Origin: Bigelowiella natans CCMP2755
Lineage: Eukaryota; Protista; Cercozoa
NCBI GenBank assembly: GCA_000320545.1
Contig: ADNK01001731.1
Location: forward strand, 39,975 to 103,974
Direction of reading: 5' to 3'
DNA: 64,000 nt
The position numbers and the translations under genes are program-made. Shown here piece after piece: positions 14,649 through 27,892 of this stretch. The notes below the pieces were generated by a model. That model searched no databases, was not told where the DNA came from, and worked only from the letters and a program-made list of their open reading frames with translations. The stretch's first letter is position 1, and every line of letters starts with the position of its first letter.

Positions 14649-15431
14649 ATGGTGAACATCTGTGTTAAATTGTAAATTGCTAAAATATCGGTGTATAATA
14701 TCATTGACATCGTTCACCTGATAAACGGGGTATTTCGTTGTTCTGGAGTCGAGATGCGCATATGGAAGGCGTTCCATCGTCATTGAATCCAGCTAGAATC
14801 GTCAGCTGCAGGCGATTTTTCGCGTTTTACATTAAAATTATATTGAGACGAGAAAGACCAGTGAATGCGAGATTATTATATAATCAAATTACTCAGCTAC
14901 TTATTGGGCACATGTTCTAATGCGTACATCTCTTTAAGTATAGACTCATATAGCATCTCATGTGGATGGTCGTCAACGGTACCAAATAGCCATATGTCGC
15001 GCCCCAACGAAGATAGAGTGGCCATTTTGAGCTCACTGGGATGGGTTTCTTCAGCAATGAGTTTACAATTTCTATGGATACGAAATGAGAGAAGTTAAAT
15101 GGCGTTAGTAATGGAAATATCATCATAGGTACAATTTCAAAAAATATGCTTTAATTTTCAATGTGATTGATTTCCAATGAATCGGCTGTGGTGAGAACAA
15201 ATATCAGGGTAATAATTTGACATTTGATGTGTCACACGCTAGGGTTGCACTTATTCAATATCAAAGACCTTTCGATTTGGATCCGACCCACAGAGAAATG
15301 GAGATTGGAAAGCCTGATTGAAACATTTTGACATTCATGATAAATATAATCGGAAAACTTGCCGTAGAATATTCCAACGACGAAATATTCACTACCACAC
15401 TGGCATACGCGGACGGATACATCATATATGA

Positions 15432-15463
<32 letters not shown>

Positions 15464-17599
15464 ATTTTTCTTTCACATATATATGTGTGTGTATGGAAAG
15501 AACACTTGGTGAATACCTTGTTCAGAGTCATAAGCAGTAACGTGATGTGTCCATAATGGTGGCACCTTTAAGCAGTCATTTTTGCGAACACGTCAGGAGT
15601 AAATGTCGATGTAACTGCGTTTTTTGGTCTTGGAAGGCGTGATTAATATACATAAAGACACCGCTTGTAGGGATATCTAACTCATTATTTCCTCTCAATT
15701 TCTTTAATTTAATAACCGCAGGAAACCGATATTTCCGTCTTTCAATGTTGTGCTTTTCAGTTGTAGTTGCGATTAAGAATATTAGCTTACGTATAGGATG
15801 TCTCCTGGCTCTACCACAGTGTGCATCATCCTATGAATAAATTTAATATGTAACTTGTATAAATATAATATATATAATGAAATATATGCCTATATTTATA
15901 TATATTTCGAAAGTATTGGACATACTATACACCTACATGTGCTCATACAGTTAGCAAATAATGAAATATACGCAGTTCAATTGTAATCGAAACCTTTTCA
16001 AAATATCCGTTGGAATGTTGCGTCCTTCGTCTTCCACAATAGCCTTGTGCAAGTCCATTCCGATTTGACCCCTCCGATATCAAAAGCAAGTGGTGAGAAT
16101 AATAAGAATAAAAACTTTGTAAAATATGGCCGAGTTCGACGTTCAAAAGCCGATGATACATATAGTGTATGCTGGCGGATCTTTTCACTCCAGATTTTGT
16201 CCCGTAAGTGATGTGTATTTGTGTGCTTGCGCACACATGTGTTTGTATTCACTCCCCCCGCCTCTTAACCGCTTGGTGTGTATGCGTGTATCGTGCGTTG
16301 TGTATTAGCCTTTGTATTTATTCACGTGTTTTCTGTTATCACTCGGTAGTCACCTCCTTGGATGTAAGTAGGGGTAAGGCGACATGTCGTTGAATGTATC
16401 CGGAGGAAGAAACAACCATCGTTTATATCCTATAACCCAAGAAAACCAAAACCAAAGCAGGAAATGCAATATGCCCTCTCAAGACCATATCATAAAATAT
16501 ATACATAATACGTGTAAAGCCATCAATATATCAAGTCGAGAAAAACGATAAAGTGGTTGGTTCTGATGTCGTGTGCGAGCGTACATACCATTCGCTTGGA
16601 GGAAGAGATTGTGCACATGGTCATAATGAGCATGCGCCTTCACTCCTGGCTGGTGGTCGAAAAGAAGATCACGCAGAAGGCAAAGGTTAGGCGTTGTTAA
16701 CGATAGAAACATCGACGAATTTTATAGAAGTTTGAGCAACTTGAAACACTCTCGTAATACTCTGACATCCTCACATGCTGGCTTGCAACAGTCTCAGCAA
16801 AAAACTTCCACATACACATTTTTTGTTTAAATATGCGCTCCCAATGCACCCTCCCCCCCTTTCTCCGCCCCCCTCCGCCTCCCTCCTAATCTCTATTGCC
16901 GCAATATCCCATCGTACCTTTCCCATCCACACGAAGATGAGTTCGGATGTAGTAGGTAGTGAAACCTCCCCGTCTCCTTCTAGTGTCGTTGAGGAATAGC
17001 CGCGTCTAGTCGACGCTGCAGCTGATGCTAATCCGAGCTCCTTGGGATCTCCGACATCGAGAAGAATACCGGCTTTTTTGCCATCACTCTGCTCTAAGCT
17101 GCCAGCATAATATACCCACCTAAAGGGTTGAAAAAGGAAAATTCGGAGAGATAAGTCAGCAGCAAGAAAAGTGCTTTAAAGACCAAACATGCTTAGTACA
17201 TGAAATAATATAAATAGGGGGGGGGGAATAGGGGGCGTATCTAAGAGTTATGTGCGTTATGGGTGTGAATCAGCTTCATCAACAGAAACTATTTCTAATG
17301 GGTGCAAATATTTGCTTTGGTAATCCCGAGTCTTCTCTTCTCATCTTCTGGCGCAAACAATATATCCCAGCACGCTCGCACTGCTTTGCATCTCGCGCTG
17401 CGGAGGGGTTGGGTGGAAGGTTCGCCGATGCTTGCCACTTTCCTCACTGAAGCCCGCAACGGAGGACCGTTGTATTTTGTAAACGTTTGTTCTTCGTCTC
17501 TAATGATGATGTGAACTACCTCGGGTCGGAAAGGTTGAAGATCGCATTGAAAAACTGCACTGTGCTCATTGTTCTTGGGCTGAAACCTGATAAACGTTA

Positions 17600-17641
<42 letters not shown>

Positions 17642-17762
17642 CATGTACTCTAACAACTCACCAGAATCGTATGCTTTCTCATCAATAATTTCTGCCAAAG
17701 GAGCTGTTTTGACAGCGTACGTGTACGTATCGCTTTCCGGTTCGTCAGACACCTAGAATGTG

Positions 17763-17800
<38 letters not shown>

Positions 17801-18173
17801 TATACGATGTTGTTGGATGGATTGATACAATATATAAAGTGTGCGGAAAAAAAGAGAAAAGGTGAAATGGCAAGGAGAGATGAACATGTTTCTTTCACAG
17901 ATATTGGCATGGAAATCGTAGATATCTGACCAAATAAATACCTACAACACATGCTGGCGGCATATCTATAATATACATTCAAATGAACGAATAGTTTGCC
18001 GATTTAATAGGCTAAAGCCTCTGACTCGGATATCCTTCGTGTTGGTGCGGTAGGCCAAATTTGAATGTAACAGGTAGTAGAACGTATCTCTCGTATAGAG
18101 GTGATCCTTCTTCCTAACCTGGACGCGGCTCAGCTCCTGAAGATGCCGTGCTAGGTACGGCTGATTGCGATAC

Positions 18174-18217
<44 letters not shown>

Positions 18218-18331
18218 TTGTGAAGAAGTCTGTGTATATATGCTTGGTTTACTCGAGCTTAGTGCCATTGGTCAATTCGAATATAGATACCATGCGTATG
18301 TAAATGTCTACAGCATTTGGTAGAGATCTTC

Positions 18332-18369
<38 letters not shown>

Positions 18370-19696
18370 GTCTGTGTCCATGTGTGCGTGCGGGCGTCGG
18401 TAGTAACTGCATTCCATTGTCGCATTGCGTCCCAATCCCAGGCAGGATTCTACGATGTTAAGCAAGAACAATAACACACTATGAGCGGAAAATCAAAACG
18501 ACGATTATAGCGTCGATCATAACAGTAGCAACAATGTATACAAAACACTATGGTTCGCATCTGAGATTTATGCGTCAAACTATCTATCCTTTCTCTCTCC
18601 CCCCCTCTGCCCCATCCTCCCCTCAAATTAGCACCTTGGTAAAGATGACTGGCGTGTTATTCCGCATGGCCTCTTCCAGCAACCCAGGTTCCCATTCTAA
18701 GATCGGGACTTCTGTCATCGTTTTTAGAATCTTGCTGCTTGCTATTCCTACTAACAAAAAGGGGGGTTGGGGTGAATGGTTATGTAAAGAAGAAATATCA
18801 TATTTTGATCAGTAGGATCATGTTTTCGTATATCTCGTAGTTGATACTCTACAGGTTACTGCGTCATTAGCGCATTAGGTTTATAGCATGTATTCACGCG
18901 TGCGAGACTATTCCATATTTATGTTGATTTCGTTCTCGTTAAGTTCCAATTCACCAACCTGTTGTACTGCCTTTTGATCCTCCGTTTCCGACTTGATTAT
19001 TTAAGAGATACGCTGTGCTCGTAGCCATTGCCAACGCAAACCCAGCAATTATTAGATGAAAACCCCATGCAGAGGATGGGGAGTCAAGCTTCGAACCTCC
19101 ATTTTTCCTGCTACCTACGCCGCTTACTGTTGTCTGCCCTGCCTTGTTTAGATCATTGCTACTGTTTTCATGCGCTTTCGAGGCATTTTTGCTGAGCAGA
19201 TCGAATTTTTTGGTTTCCAAATCGAAAGAGAAGAGCTTGGAGTATTTGTTCATCGTCTGTGCATCAACACGTACTTGATGTTAAATGTGAGAGTGTCCCG
19301 GACTCGAGGAAACAGAATCATCAAATAGTCAATCTATGTGGATCATGGATATTATCAGTTCCATCAGACCTTGGCAGATGTGTCTTTCTCTTCCTCGCCA
19401 TTTACATATATGAGGAGGCTATACGTTGCCCTAGAGAACTCTATTTTGGAGACTTTCTCGGAGGGCCGCTTCAGAATCGGGAGGTCAACCTGATAAAGTT
19501 TTTGTCCATCCTCGTCCAGCAGACTGAAATAGGAACGAGTCATGGCGCACTCTATTCAGACTGCTCGTCGCAAACAAACTCATCTTGCCTAGTTTGAAAC
19601 TATCACGGAGCGCAGCAATAATAGGCTAGCTTACCTGAGCTTGTTCTGAGACGAGAGGTTAGCGAAGAGGCTCCCATCCTTCGATCGCGCTCGCAT
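13498..19696 (-). CDS. JmjC/cupin-like 2-oxoglutarate Fe(II) oxygenase, intron-rich, probable N-terminal TM anchor; both ends approximate
   Basis: Exons NTPVIFTK, WDAMRQWN, LIFVWMGK|PGVKAHAHYDHVHNLFLQ (HxD), GYKRWLFLPP, VEPGDILY, VPPLWTHHV (distal His); hydrophobic segment in exon 18951-19253. Confidence 0.8.
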
Positions 19697-20557
19697 GGAT
19701 TCTTTTCGTTTGCTGTTTAAACGCAGAAGTTGGCCTTCCTTGGAAAGTCAGCCGCCCCCTCGACCTTCGCTGTGGTCGTATTATTACCCGGAATGTGGCC
19801 CAAATCTTATCCGTTCATACATTGCGACAATAAGTTTATGCATTTTTTATCAAAACGCAGTCATTTCTCCCACGCGTCGATTTCGCACGTGCCATTGTCG
19901 GGAGTTTAGTAAATTCCAATTTTAGAATGAAGACTTCTAGATCTATCCTTCGAATAATGCAGACTAGATTTCCATGGATTTTAAAGGATGTCAGGATGTC
20001 CTCAGGATGTCCTGGATATCGGGGTCCCCGCCCTATTGTCCGGTTCCAGTGCACGGCCGTTTCACTCAGGAATAGAGAACAGCATGATCATCATTAGATC
20101 TACTTCCTAAATTATCAAAAAAATAGGAAAACTAGAAAAATGTGCATATACGTGTCTGTCGCCAATAATTTGTTGAAGCAAATTTGCCATGTTTTAACTC
20201 TAATTTGTGCGATGGCGAGCTTGGATTAAGCGGGGTAGTTTCTACATTGCTTTGCTGGACTTTTCGTCGAAGCTCGAACCAAAAAGATACTGACATTTCC
20301 ACACCCGGTATACCACATGCCCTACAAGACAAAATCCGTTACGTGATTGCCTGCATTTAGTAAAATAACGTGTGCATATTTTTGGGTCCAATGACAATTA
20401 CGTAGATCTAGTCGTAACTTTCGTATTGCGTAAACCCCATTAGATCTACACACATTAGCGAAGACAACGACCGAGGCAGTTCCGCGAGGGGAGGGATAGG
20501 CGGGAAATCAGGCACCCATCAAGCAGCTATTACACTCGCCTTTCCAGAGGAGAAGCC

Positions 20558-23500
20558 ATGGAAGCCATGAAACTGCTAAACGAATTTCTCTCCTCTGCAC
20601 CGGGGACAGAATCGCAACTTGAAGATCTCTTTGAGATTGTCAAGCCATATACACAAAAGCTTGTTGAGGCCATTGAACTTTCCTACATTGAGTTTAAAAG
20701 TGAAGATAGTAGAATTCGAGAAGAGGGAAATGGCAGCGAGGAAGTAAAATACGCAGGGGATGGAGACAACCTGGAGTCCATCCTTAAAGACCTCAAATCA
20801 TGCGTATCTGAAAACGACATAGTCAAGCTTACAAAATTTTTCGCCCAAGCAGAATTATCTTCAATTATTGGTGTCCCGGAAAATTGGAAGAATAACCTCA
20901 GTGAAGCACTTGGTTCAAACAAATCCAACCCAGAAAGCCTTGCTAAGGACTGCATAAAAGCGACAGGATTCCCTTTTCGTTACGCTGTGGGCTTTGAAAT
21001 TGACAAGAAAACGTTCGAAAGGATAATGAAAACCGACGGTCTTCACAAAGCTTTAAAGAAGGCTGTAATACACAAGCTTACTCAAATTGAGAAACGTATA
21101 GTACGAGAAGAGAAGTCAAAGCTAACTAGGTCAGCTCTCAAACCTCTCATCGCAGCACTTCGCACACGGATCGAGTTAAAATCAACAGATGCCAAATCTG
21201 TAACCGAATTCGTGTTAAATGCTAACAAAACTACCAGTTCACCATTGCAAAAAATGCGACGCCTTTTCAAAGCTATTGACTGGAGGGAACTATGGAAAAC
21301 GCTTTTATCTAGGCTAGAGCAGGAAGGTTGGAAAATTATGAAAGAGGGAGGCTTCACTGCGGCTAGCAAGGCTTTAAGACCTCTCCTCGCGCTCTTGGGC
21401 CATAAAGTTTTTGATTTTTCGATCCCACACCTCGGGCAAATGATAGAACGGGCAATTGGAGCTGCAAGACTAACTAGTTCTCTAATGGATAACGAATCTC
21501 TCCCTTATAAAAAAATTGATAGCGTGATTACCAAGTTGGAGGAGATCCAGAAACAAGAGGGGATATCGTTAACGACCAAAGGGGTCATAGGCCTCTTGGA
21601 GCTTTTTACAGCCCCCGATCTGCAAGTAGTTTCAGATTCATTTAAGGTTAAGAGAAAAGATATAGAAAATAAGTTTGCGATGTTTAAATTGGCTGTTGAA
21701 GATTTTCTTCAAAAGACATTTCGCATATATTTGTTGAATCAAAGAATCTTCCGTTTCTCATCAAGCATTATCCGATTTCATTTGAACAAAAGTTGAAGGA
21801 ACAGTTTGTATCTTCTGCCTTTCGGTTTGACGAAAAACTTCATGAAGAAATGCATGATAGACTGAGGACAGTTGTTGAGGAGGCAAAGGAGAAGATAATG
21901 AAACATGGCGCTGAAAAGCCAAATTGGTTCAAGTTCATCGAACCTTTACTAGATCAACTGTTAGAAACGATCGGTACGACCCACCCCAAGAATTTATCTC
22001 ATTATTTGATAAGTATAAAGGGATCAGAGGATGAAATTTCGGACGAAGTTTCCTTCTACTCTTCACGGCTTGCAGCTTTGCTACAGGAACTAGATTGGCG
22101 TTTTCATTTCAGTAATCTCGCCTATAAACTACGAGGTATCGTCGAGCAAAAAGTACGAGAGAAGGGGGTCGAACTCATAGCCAAAGAGCTGACGAAGAGG
22201 AAGCTGGATATCCACCCAGAAATAGTAAAGGTAATTATGAACGCCAGTGAACAAGCCCTTAAGGGAGTAAAGAGAGCTGTGGAGATAATGAACTGCAAGG
22301 TCGAACAAACCGAAGAATTCACGAAAAAAACAAGCAAAGCAATAGTTGAACATGTTGAAGAATGTAGAAAGCACTTACGGGAAATGATAGAAAAACTTAA
22401 GGAAAAAAAGGGAGAGGAGAAGAATTTTCATTATCCGGAATCTGATAGAAAGAGTATATCGCGTTCGGAAAAGTTGAACGAGCCTGTCGAGAAGCTAACG
22501 AGGTTAGAAAAGAAATGCATGGACTTAGAGAAAACGATGAGAAATCGGAAACCGATTATAACAAGTGAGGCAACAAAACGTATGGAAAGGTTGGAAGGAG
22601 ATATCAAGAAGCTGGAGTTGAAGCTAAAGAATCTGAAGGATGAAAACACAGCAGGGACAGATAAGTGTGTTGAACTTCTCAAATTGAATTTGGCGAGTGT
22701 AAATACGGTACAAAGGGATATCAGCCAGACGATTGATACCATTAAAGACGGATATACTCAGATTAAAGGCGGGCATGCTCAGATTAGATACAGTTATACT
22801 CAGATAAAGGAGGAGTTTCTTGCTAAAAAAAACGACTTTGTAGAGGCAACCGATGATAAGATCCAAGAAATCCAAATGCAAGAGAAGCAACTCATTTCGG
22901 ATATCTGGAATGAGAAAAATAAAATACTTGAAAATGCCAAAGAATTCACTGACAGTGTAGAGCAGGCAATTCGAGCTGAGCTGTTAAAGTTTTTCACGAA
23001 TTCTCTTAAGAGACTTTTATCGCGCTTTAAAGTTAGTATAGCTCCAATCGATATGATTTATGCCAATCTTCGCAGCCAAGTACTCGAGATATTGGACGTG
23101 GCGAAGATGGTCGTGAATAAATTGCATGCTCTCTCCAGACAATATGCCATAATAGCGATATTGTAATTAGAGAATCTCCAACAAACCGGTAACAGCTCAT
23201 TCTCCAGGCGCCGCAACGAATATATCACTTCCTTCAGAGGCTCCGAGTAATATTATAGTTTTATAGAATTATGTTATTCAATTTTTGAATACATTGGAAT
23301 CTAATATACTTCAACGTTTGTTTTCGAGTTGTTTCTAACAGCATTTAACATTTGAGTGTGTTTCCATGCCACTTCCAGGTACACCTACCACGGAAATATA
23401 AATAGGAAAACAGATGGAGTTTACACGGTTGGTACAGTTCATTATCTTCATCCCTTGAAATTTACATAATCATATGCAACAACAGGTAAGTCCACGAGGC

Positions 23501-24217
23501 GTTGTTAAGTCAGGGAGCAACAAGGTTACGATCCAGATCGATGTCCCAGGAATGCAAGAAACGCCATATTTGGTCTTTCCAAACAACTTGGAGGGGTTGC
23601 TCAAGGCTGGGTTCTATCGCGACCAGATTCTTCGGTAAGTTCTAATAGGGTAGTGATTTGAAGATTCAGTATTCTAAGGTTTTTACTTATTTCTTTGGTC
23701 GAAAATATTGAATTAACAGATTCTGGAACCTAGACAGCTCGGAAGAAGATAAACTTAATTTTAAAGCAGAAACCAGAGATAGCCATCTGCATGAATATTC
23801 GGGTTTATATTCGAAACTACCAGCCCATATTGATAATCTCATAAGTGTGGTGAAGTCCTCGGACGTTTCAGCACTTGTGGAATGGGTTCTTAAAAGTGCT
23901 ACAGAGTTTGATGTACGTAGTAGATACAAAAAACCTAAATGCTATCCTTTTTTTGGAGTACAAATTCTAAAAGATGAATGAACTCGCACTTACTCATATG
24001 CTGTTTTAACAATATTCAAATGCTGACCATGGTTCTTAAATATGATAAGGCTGCAATCAACGTCACGGCTCGAGAAATGCCTAAAATCTGCACACTAATT
24101 TCAGAGGAGGCTGCAAATTTGAAAAACAAACTTTTAAAATCAAAGATGGGCAACATGTAAGTAAAATGGGTTATCCAACTGTGCTATATCCCCATTTATT
24201 ACTTATGATGTCATATC

Positions 24218-24300
<83 letters not shown>

Positions 24301-25444
24301 TTCATGTACAATATGTAATTGTCAACAATCTGGCATTCTTCCTAGACCAATACTTCTAGTCTCTAGCATGTTGTTTGCCAATTACATGTTAAACTCAACA
24401 ATATTTGTGATGTAAACACAGTGTACCGAGATACTTGAAGAGGAGATTCTCTCTATTTGACTCTAGAACAGTAGCAAAAGTATCTAAGGAAAATAAAGAT
24501 GTCTGGATGAAAGATGGGGGAATTAGAATTTTACTCATGTAAGAAAGCAACAATGTGATAACCTCAGATATTAAAATGTATCTATAAATATGTTATGAAA
24601 CCAATGTTAAATTTGCAAGTTACTTTAATATGCAAGATGAAATACACAGCGCATGAAAAGAAAAAATATGATAGTAAATGTTATTTCTTTGCCGGCTCGT
24701 ATGACTTAGCAAAGATTATCTTCAGCAGAGTTTTTGTTTGATTAGCATTGGAATCAAAGGAAAATTTACTTGATCATGAATTTCCAATTTAATTCTGTAT
24801 TGGCATCGTATAGCCACACAGGGAAAGTACCTAAAAACTGGGAGGCACTCAGTCGGATGCTGAAAGGTAAACTTTAATTGGTTGAGTAATGACAAATCAC
24901 CAAGACAATGACAATATGCAACAGTGACATAATTCTGTGATTAGGAAAAGCTGTACTCGGTCATATGGTCGACGAGAGTCAATCAGATAACGCACCAAGT
25001 AGTCATCATGACAAAAAGACAAAATATGTTGTAAATAAGTGCCTTCACCAAATAAAATGGGATAGCTTAGTTTCGATCCACAATGTGATGTTACTTCAAT
25101 CGTTACAAATGACAAAATGGGTTTCATACTGTAATACCCAGCCATAAATAATAAGTTGCACTTCTTCATTACATTTTGTATACACCATGATGCTTCGTAC
25201 TTAGGATGGAGCACTGACATTGTTTGATATTTATGAAGGATTAGAAATTTGCCTGGACAACTCTGTCAGTCAAGATCCTGAAGTGATAAGTGCAATAGAC
25301 AACAACAAAGTTTTGCTGAGCAACAAAGTTTTGCTGGGAATTGTGAATAGGATACAAGTTAAAACTGGAGTAATCTTTCCTTTCGTAGAAGCTGATACAC
25401 TTCGGCAACTAGAAAATATCGTTCAAATAAAAATGACGTTTTGA
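20558..25444 (+). pseudogene. Large helical/coiled-coil protein gene: giant first exon frameshifted near 21700-21793, later small exons, apparently cut off at ~25440
   Basis: 412-aa and 457-aa ORFs overlap; the second frame is open from 21700 (DISHIFVESKNLPFLIKHYP...); downstream exon-like pieces (VTIQIDVPGMQETPYLVFP, FWNLDSSEEDKLNF); sharp compositional switch at 25440. Confidence 0.5.
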
Positions 25445-25595
25445 TTTCGATTGTGTGAAGCTCATTGAAGTGGGATTCAAGTGGCAGAACAGTCTCCCCC
25501 ATGAACGTCCCAGTTTCAACAAACACTGGGCAATCTGCACTTGCATCTTCACTTTGGAGGTGTTTTCTTGGCCGTTCAATGTTGATGGAAGGCAC
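25441..25595 (-). pseudogene. Truncated SAM-dependent methyltransferase, NCLDV-like, hypermutated
   Basis: PSINIE...PVFVETGTFMGETVLPLESHFNELHTIEIK (ETGT motif plus TIEI), then breaks off at the junction. Confidence 0.65.
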
Positions 25596-25653
25596 GTTCA
25601 GTTCATTCCATGATTGCACTTTTTTCAACTTGTGGGGAGCAAGACGTTGCCAT

Positions 25654-26673
25654 TCAAACGGGTGTCCAGGTTTTCAACGTTGGCCTGGACTTGTGCTTGA
25701 TGACTTCGGCTTCCCAGAACGGACGCACTCTGATGCACAGAGCGTCGAACATCCCCCTTCGACCGCACAGAGAAGCGGAAAGGCCAAAGTTGTTCACGCC
25801 ACCGGCGTGAACAACGTGGTTGCAACTGCTGAGCGCCACGTGTTCGCGTGTCGTCTAAAACGTCCCGTTCCCTCCACCGTGCGTTTTGTGATTTAAGTGA
25901 GTTTCTGTTTCCCTTCCAAGGTTTCCCACAAACTTGATGGAACTGGTCTCTTCCTTTTTGGCGAACGCGGAGGGGACAACCGCGCAGACCTCGTCATTGT
26001 CTGACGTGAGAAAAACCTTTTTGATGTCTCCACTTCCCGAGGTGATGTGATCACGAATTGCTTCGGCAAGGCTCGGGAGCTCATCGCTGGGGACAAAGTT
26101 GCTCAGGATGTTTCCCGTGCAACACTTGTCGCCACACTTGACCTGCACGCCACAAGTGCCCTTTCCAACAACGGCACCTTCTGACTCTGACTCTCCATGC
26201 AGAAGCTTCACCCCACTCAGCAAAGCATCGTTTGGAATCACGAAGTCTCTGCAGATGGATTCGAAAGACTTGACCGTTTCCTTGGCGCAACTCGTTCCGG
26301 GGAATCGTTCACTGACCTTCGGGTCATTCCACAGGTGCACGTGCCATGGCTGATTCGTCTGCAACACTGCGACCTTCCCTTTCCAGGAAACCTTTGCGTC
26401 CGGGGCTCCGATGCTGGAGAGAATGCTCTTGGCTTCTTCTTTCCCATTGTCGTCGATCCAGCGACACATCAGGTCAGATTTCTCCAACCACTCACGTTGG
26501 TTTGGGTTGTCTGTGAAGCATTGGCCAAGGTCCTCATCCCATGCGACTGCGAAGGGTTTTTCCAAGAATCGAGCGATGCACTCGGAAGATGCTGTGCCTG
26601 TTGGACGATCCCCACACCCGCCGTTTTTCTTTTTGCTCCAAAGTGCAAGGGGTCTTTCGTCAACTCTCTCCAC
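25654..26673 (-). pseudogene. Fucosyltransferase-like GT-B glycosyltransferase (GT11/GT23/GT37-type motifs), intronless, frameshift near 25855, hypermutated
   Basis: GGCGDRPTG (~GG[YL]GDRL.G), GVQVKCGD (~G.QIR.GD), VFLTSDN, then in the next frame ALSSCNHVV...NNFGLSASL; no Tyr in 272 aa. Confidence 0.6.
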
Positions 26674-27084
26674 TTTTTACTTTGGACATCGGAAAAAAGT
26701 GCAGTTTCGTGAACAAAGTTTTGAAATGGTCCCTTCTCCAGTTCTGCTGTTTTCTGTTCTGCTGGAGTGAGAGCGCAAAGTGCAGGACGTGAATGAGACG
26801 TGTCATCAGCCCCTTTTTTGTTTCGCCAAAGTGTTTTCACACTTGCTTTCACACTCGGAATGGAAGGAAGCAAGCGAGCTTTCACCGCCGTTTCCTTCGT
26901 TCTTTTGGGCCTTCTCTGATAATGGAACCAATCACTGATCAGAGACGATGCTGGTGGCAGTCCTCCTGACAAAGTGTTCTTCTTCGGAAGGAAAGGCAAA
27001 GTGGGCCAACCACCGCCCAAAAAGGTGTGCCATCACACACGGACTTTTCAAACACAACTTGTCTTTCTGTCTCTTTCTGTCTCT

Positions 27085-27134
<50 letters not shown>

Positions 27135-27503
27135 TTGTGTGTTTCTGCATTCCAATGTGGTCTTTGTCAAAAGTCACTCGAAACTTCAGTGACACGTCAT
27201 CAACTGATGCAGCTTTCATCTCAAGCCTTCAATCCGTGCACTGAGACCATTTCGCGTCTGGAAGATTTTTGTAGGTGCCATTGAAATTTTTGCACGTCAT
27301 CAGCGACGTGACATGGAATGCTGTGAGCAATTCATCGAGGGGGGGGGGGGACAATCTCGCGATTGACGGCATTCACTGTGCACGCACGAGAACGAGCAAA
27401 CACACGGAAGAAAGACTGGAAAAAATGGAAAAATAGTGGGAGAGGGGAAGGACGAGAGGGGTTTTGCGAGCACTTTGTGCACAACAGCTGCGCGACAGCT
27501 GAT

Positions 27504-27543
<40 letters not shown>

Positions 27544-27854
27544 GTTTGTGTGTTTGTGTGAGTGTGTGTTGATCATCTGAAGAGCTCGCTGACTCATTGT
27601 CTTGTCCACCTCACTGTGACTCTGTTCTGAAGAGACTGCTCCAACGAACGCAGAGAATGCACATCACACCGCAGGGCAATGTCTTTTCATTGCATCTGCT
27701 CTTGATTTTGTGAGTCCTTTGGAGCTTCTTCCGAGTCGATGGTTGGGATTCAAACAATTGTTGTTGATCTTCCAATGAGCACTTTGCAGCGTGTGCCACC
27801 TCCACAGCGATGAAGGAGCAAAGCCAGAGTTTTCACACGTGGTGGGGGGTCTTC

Positions 27855-27892
<38 letters not shown>

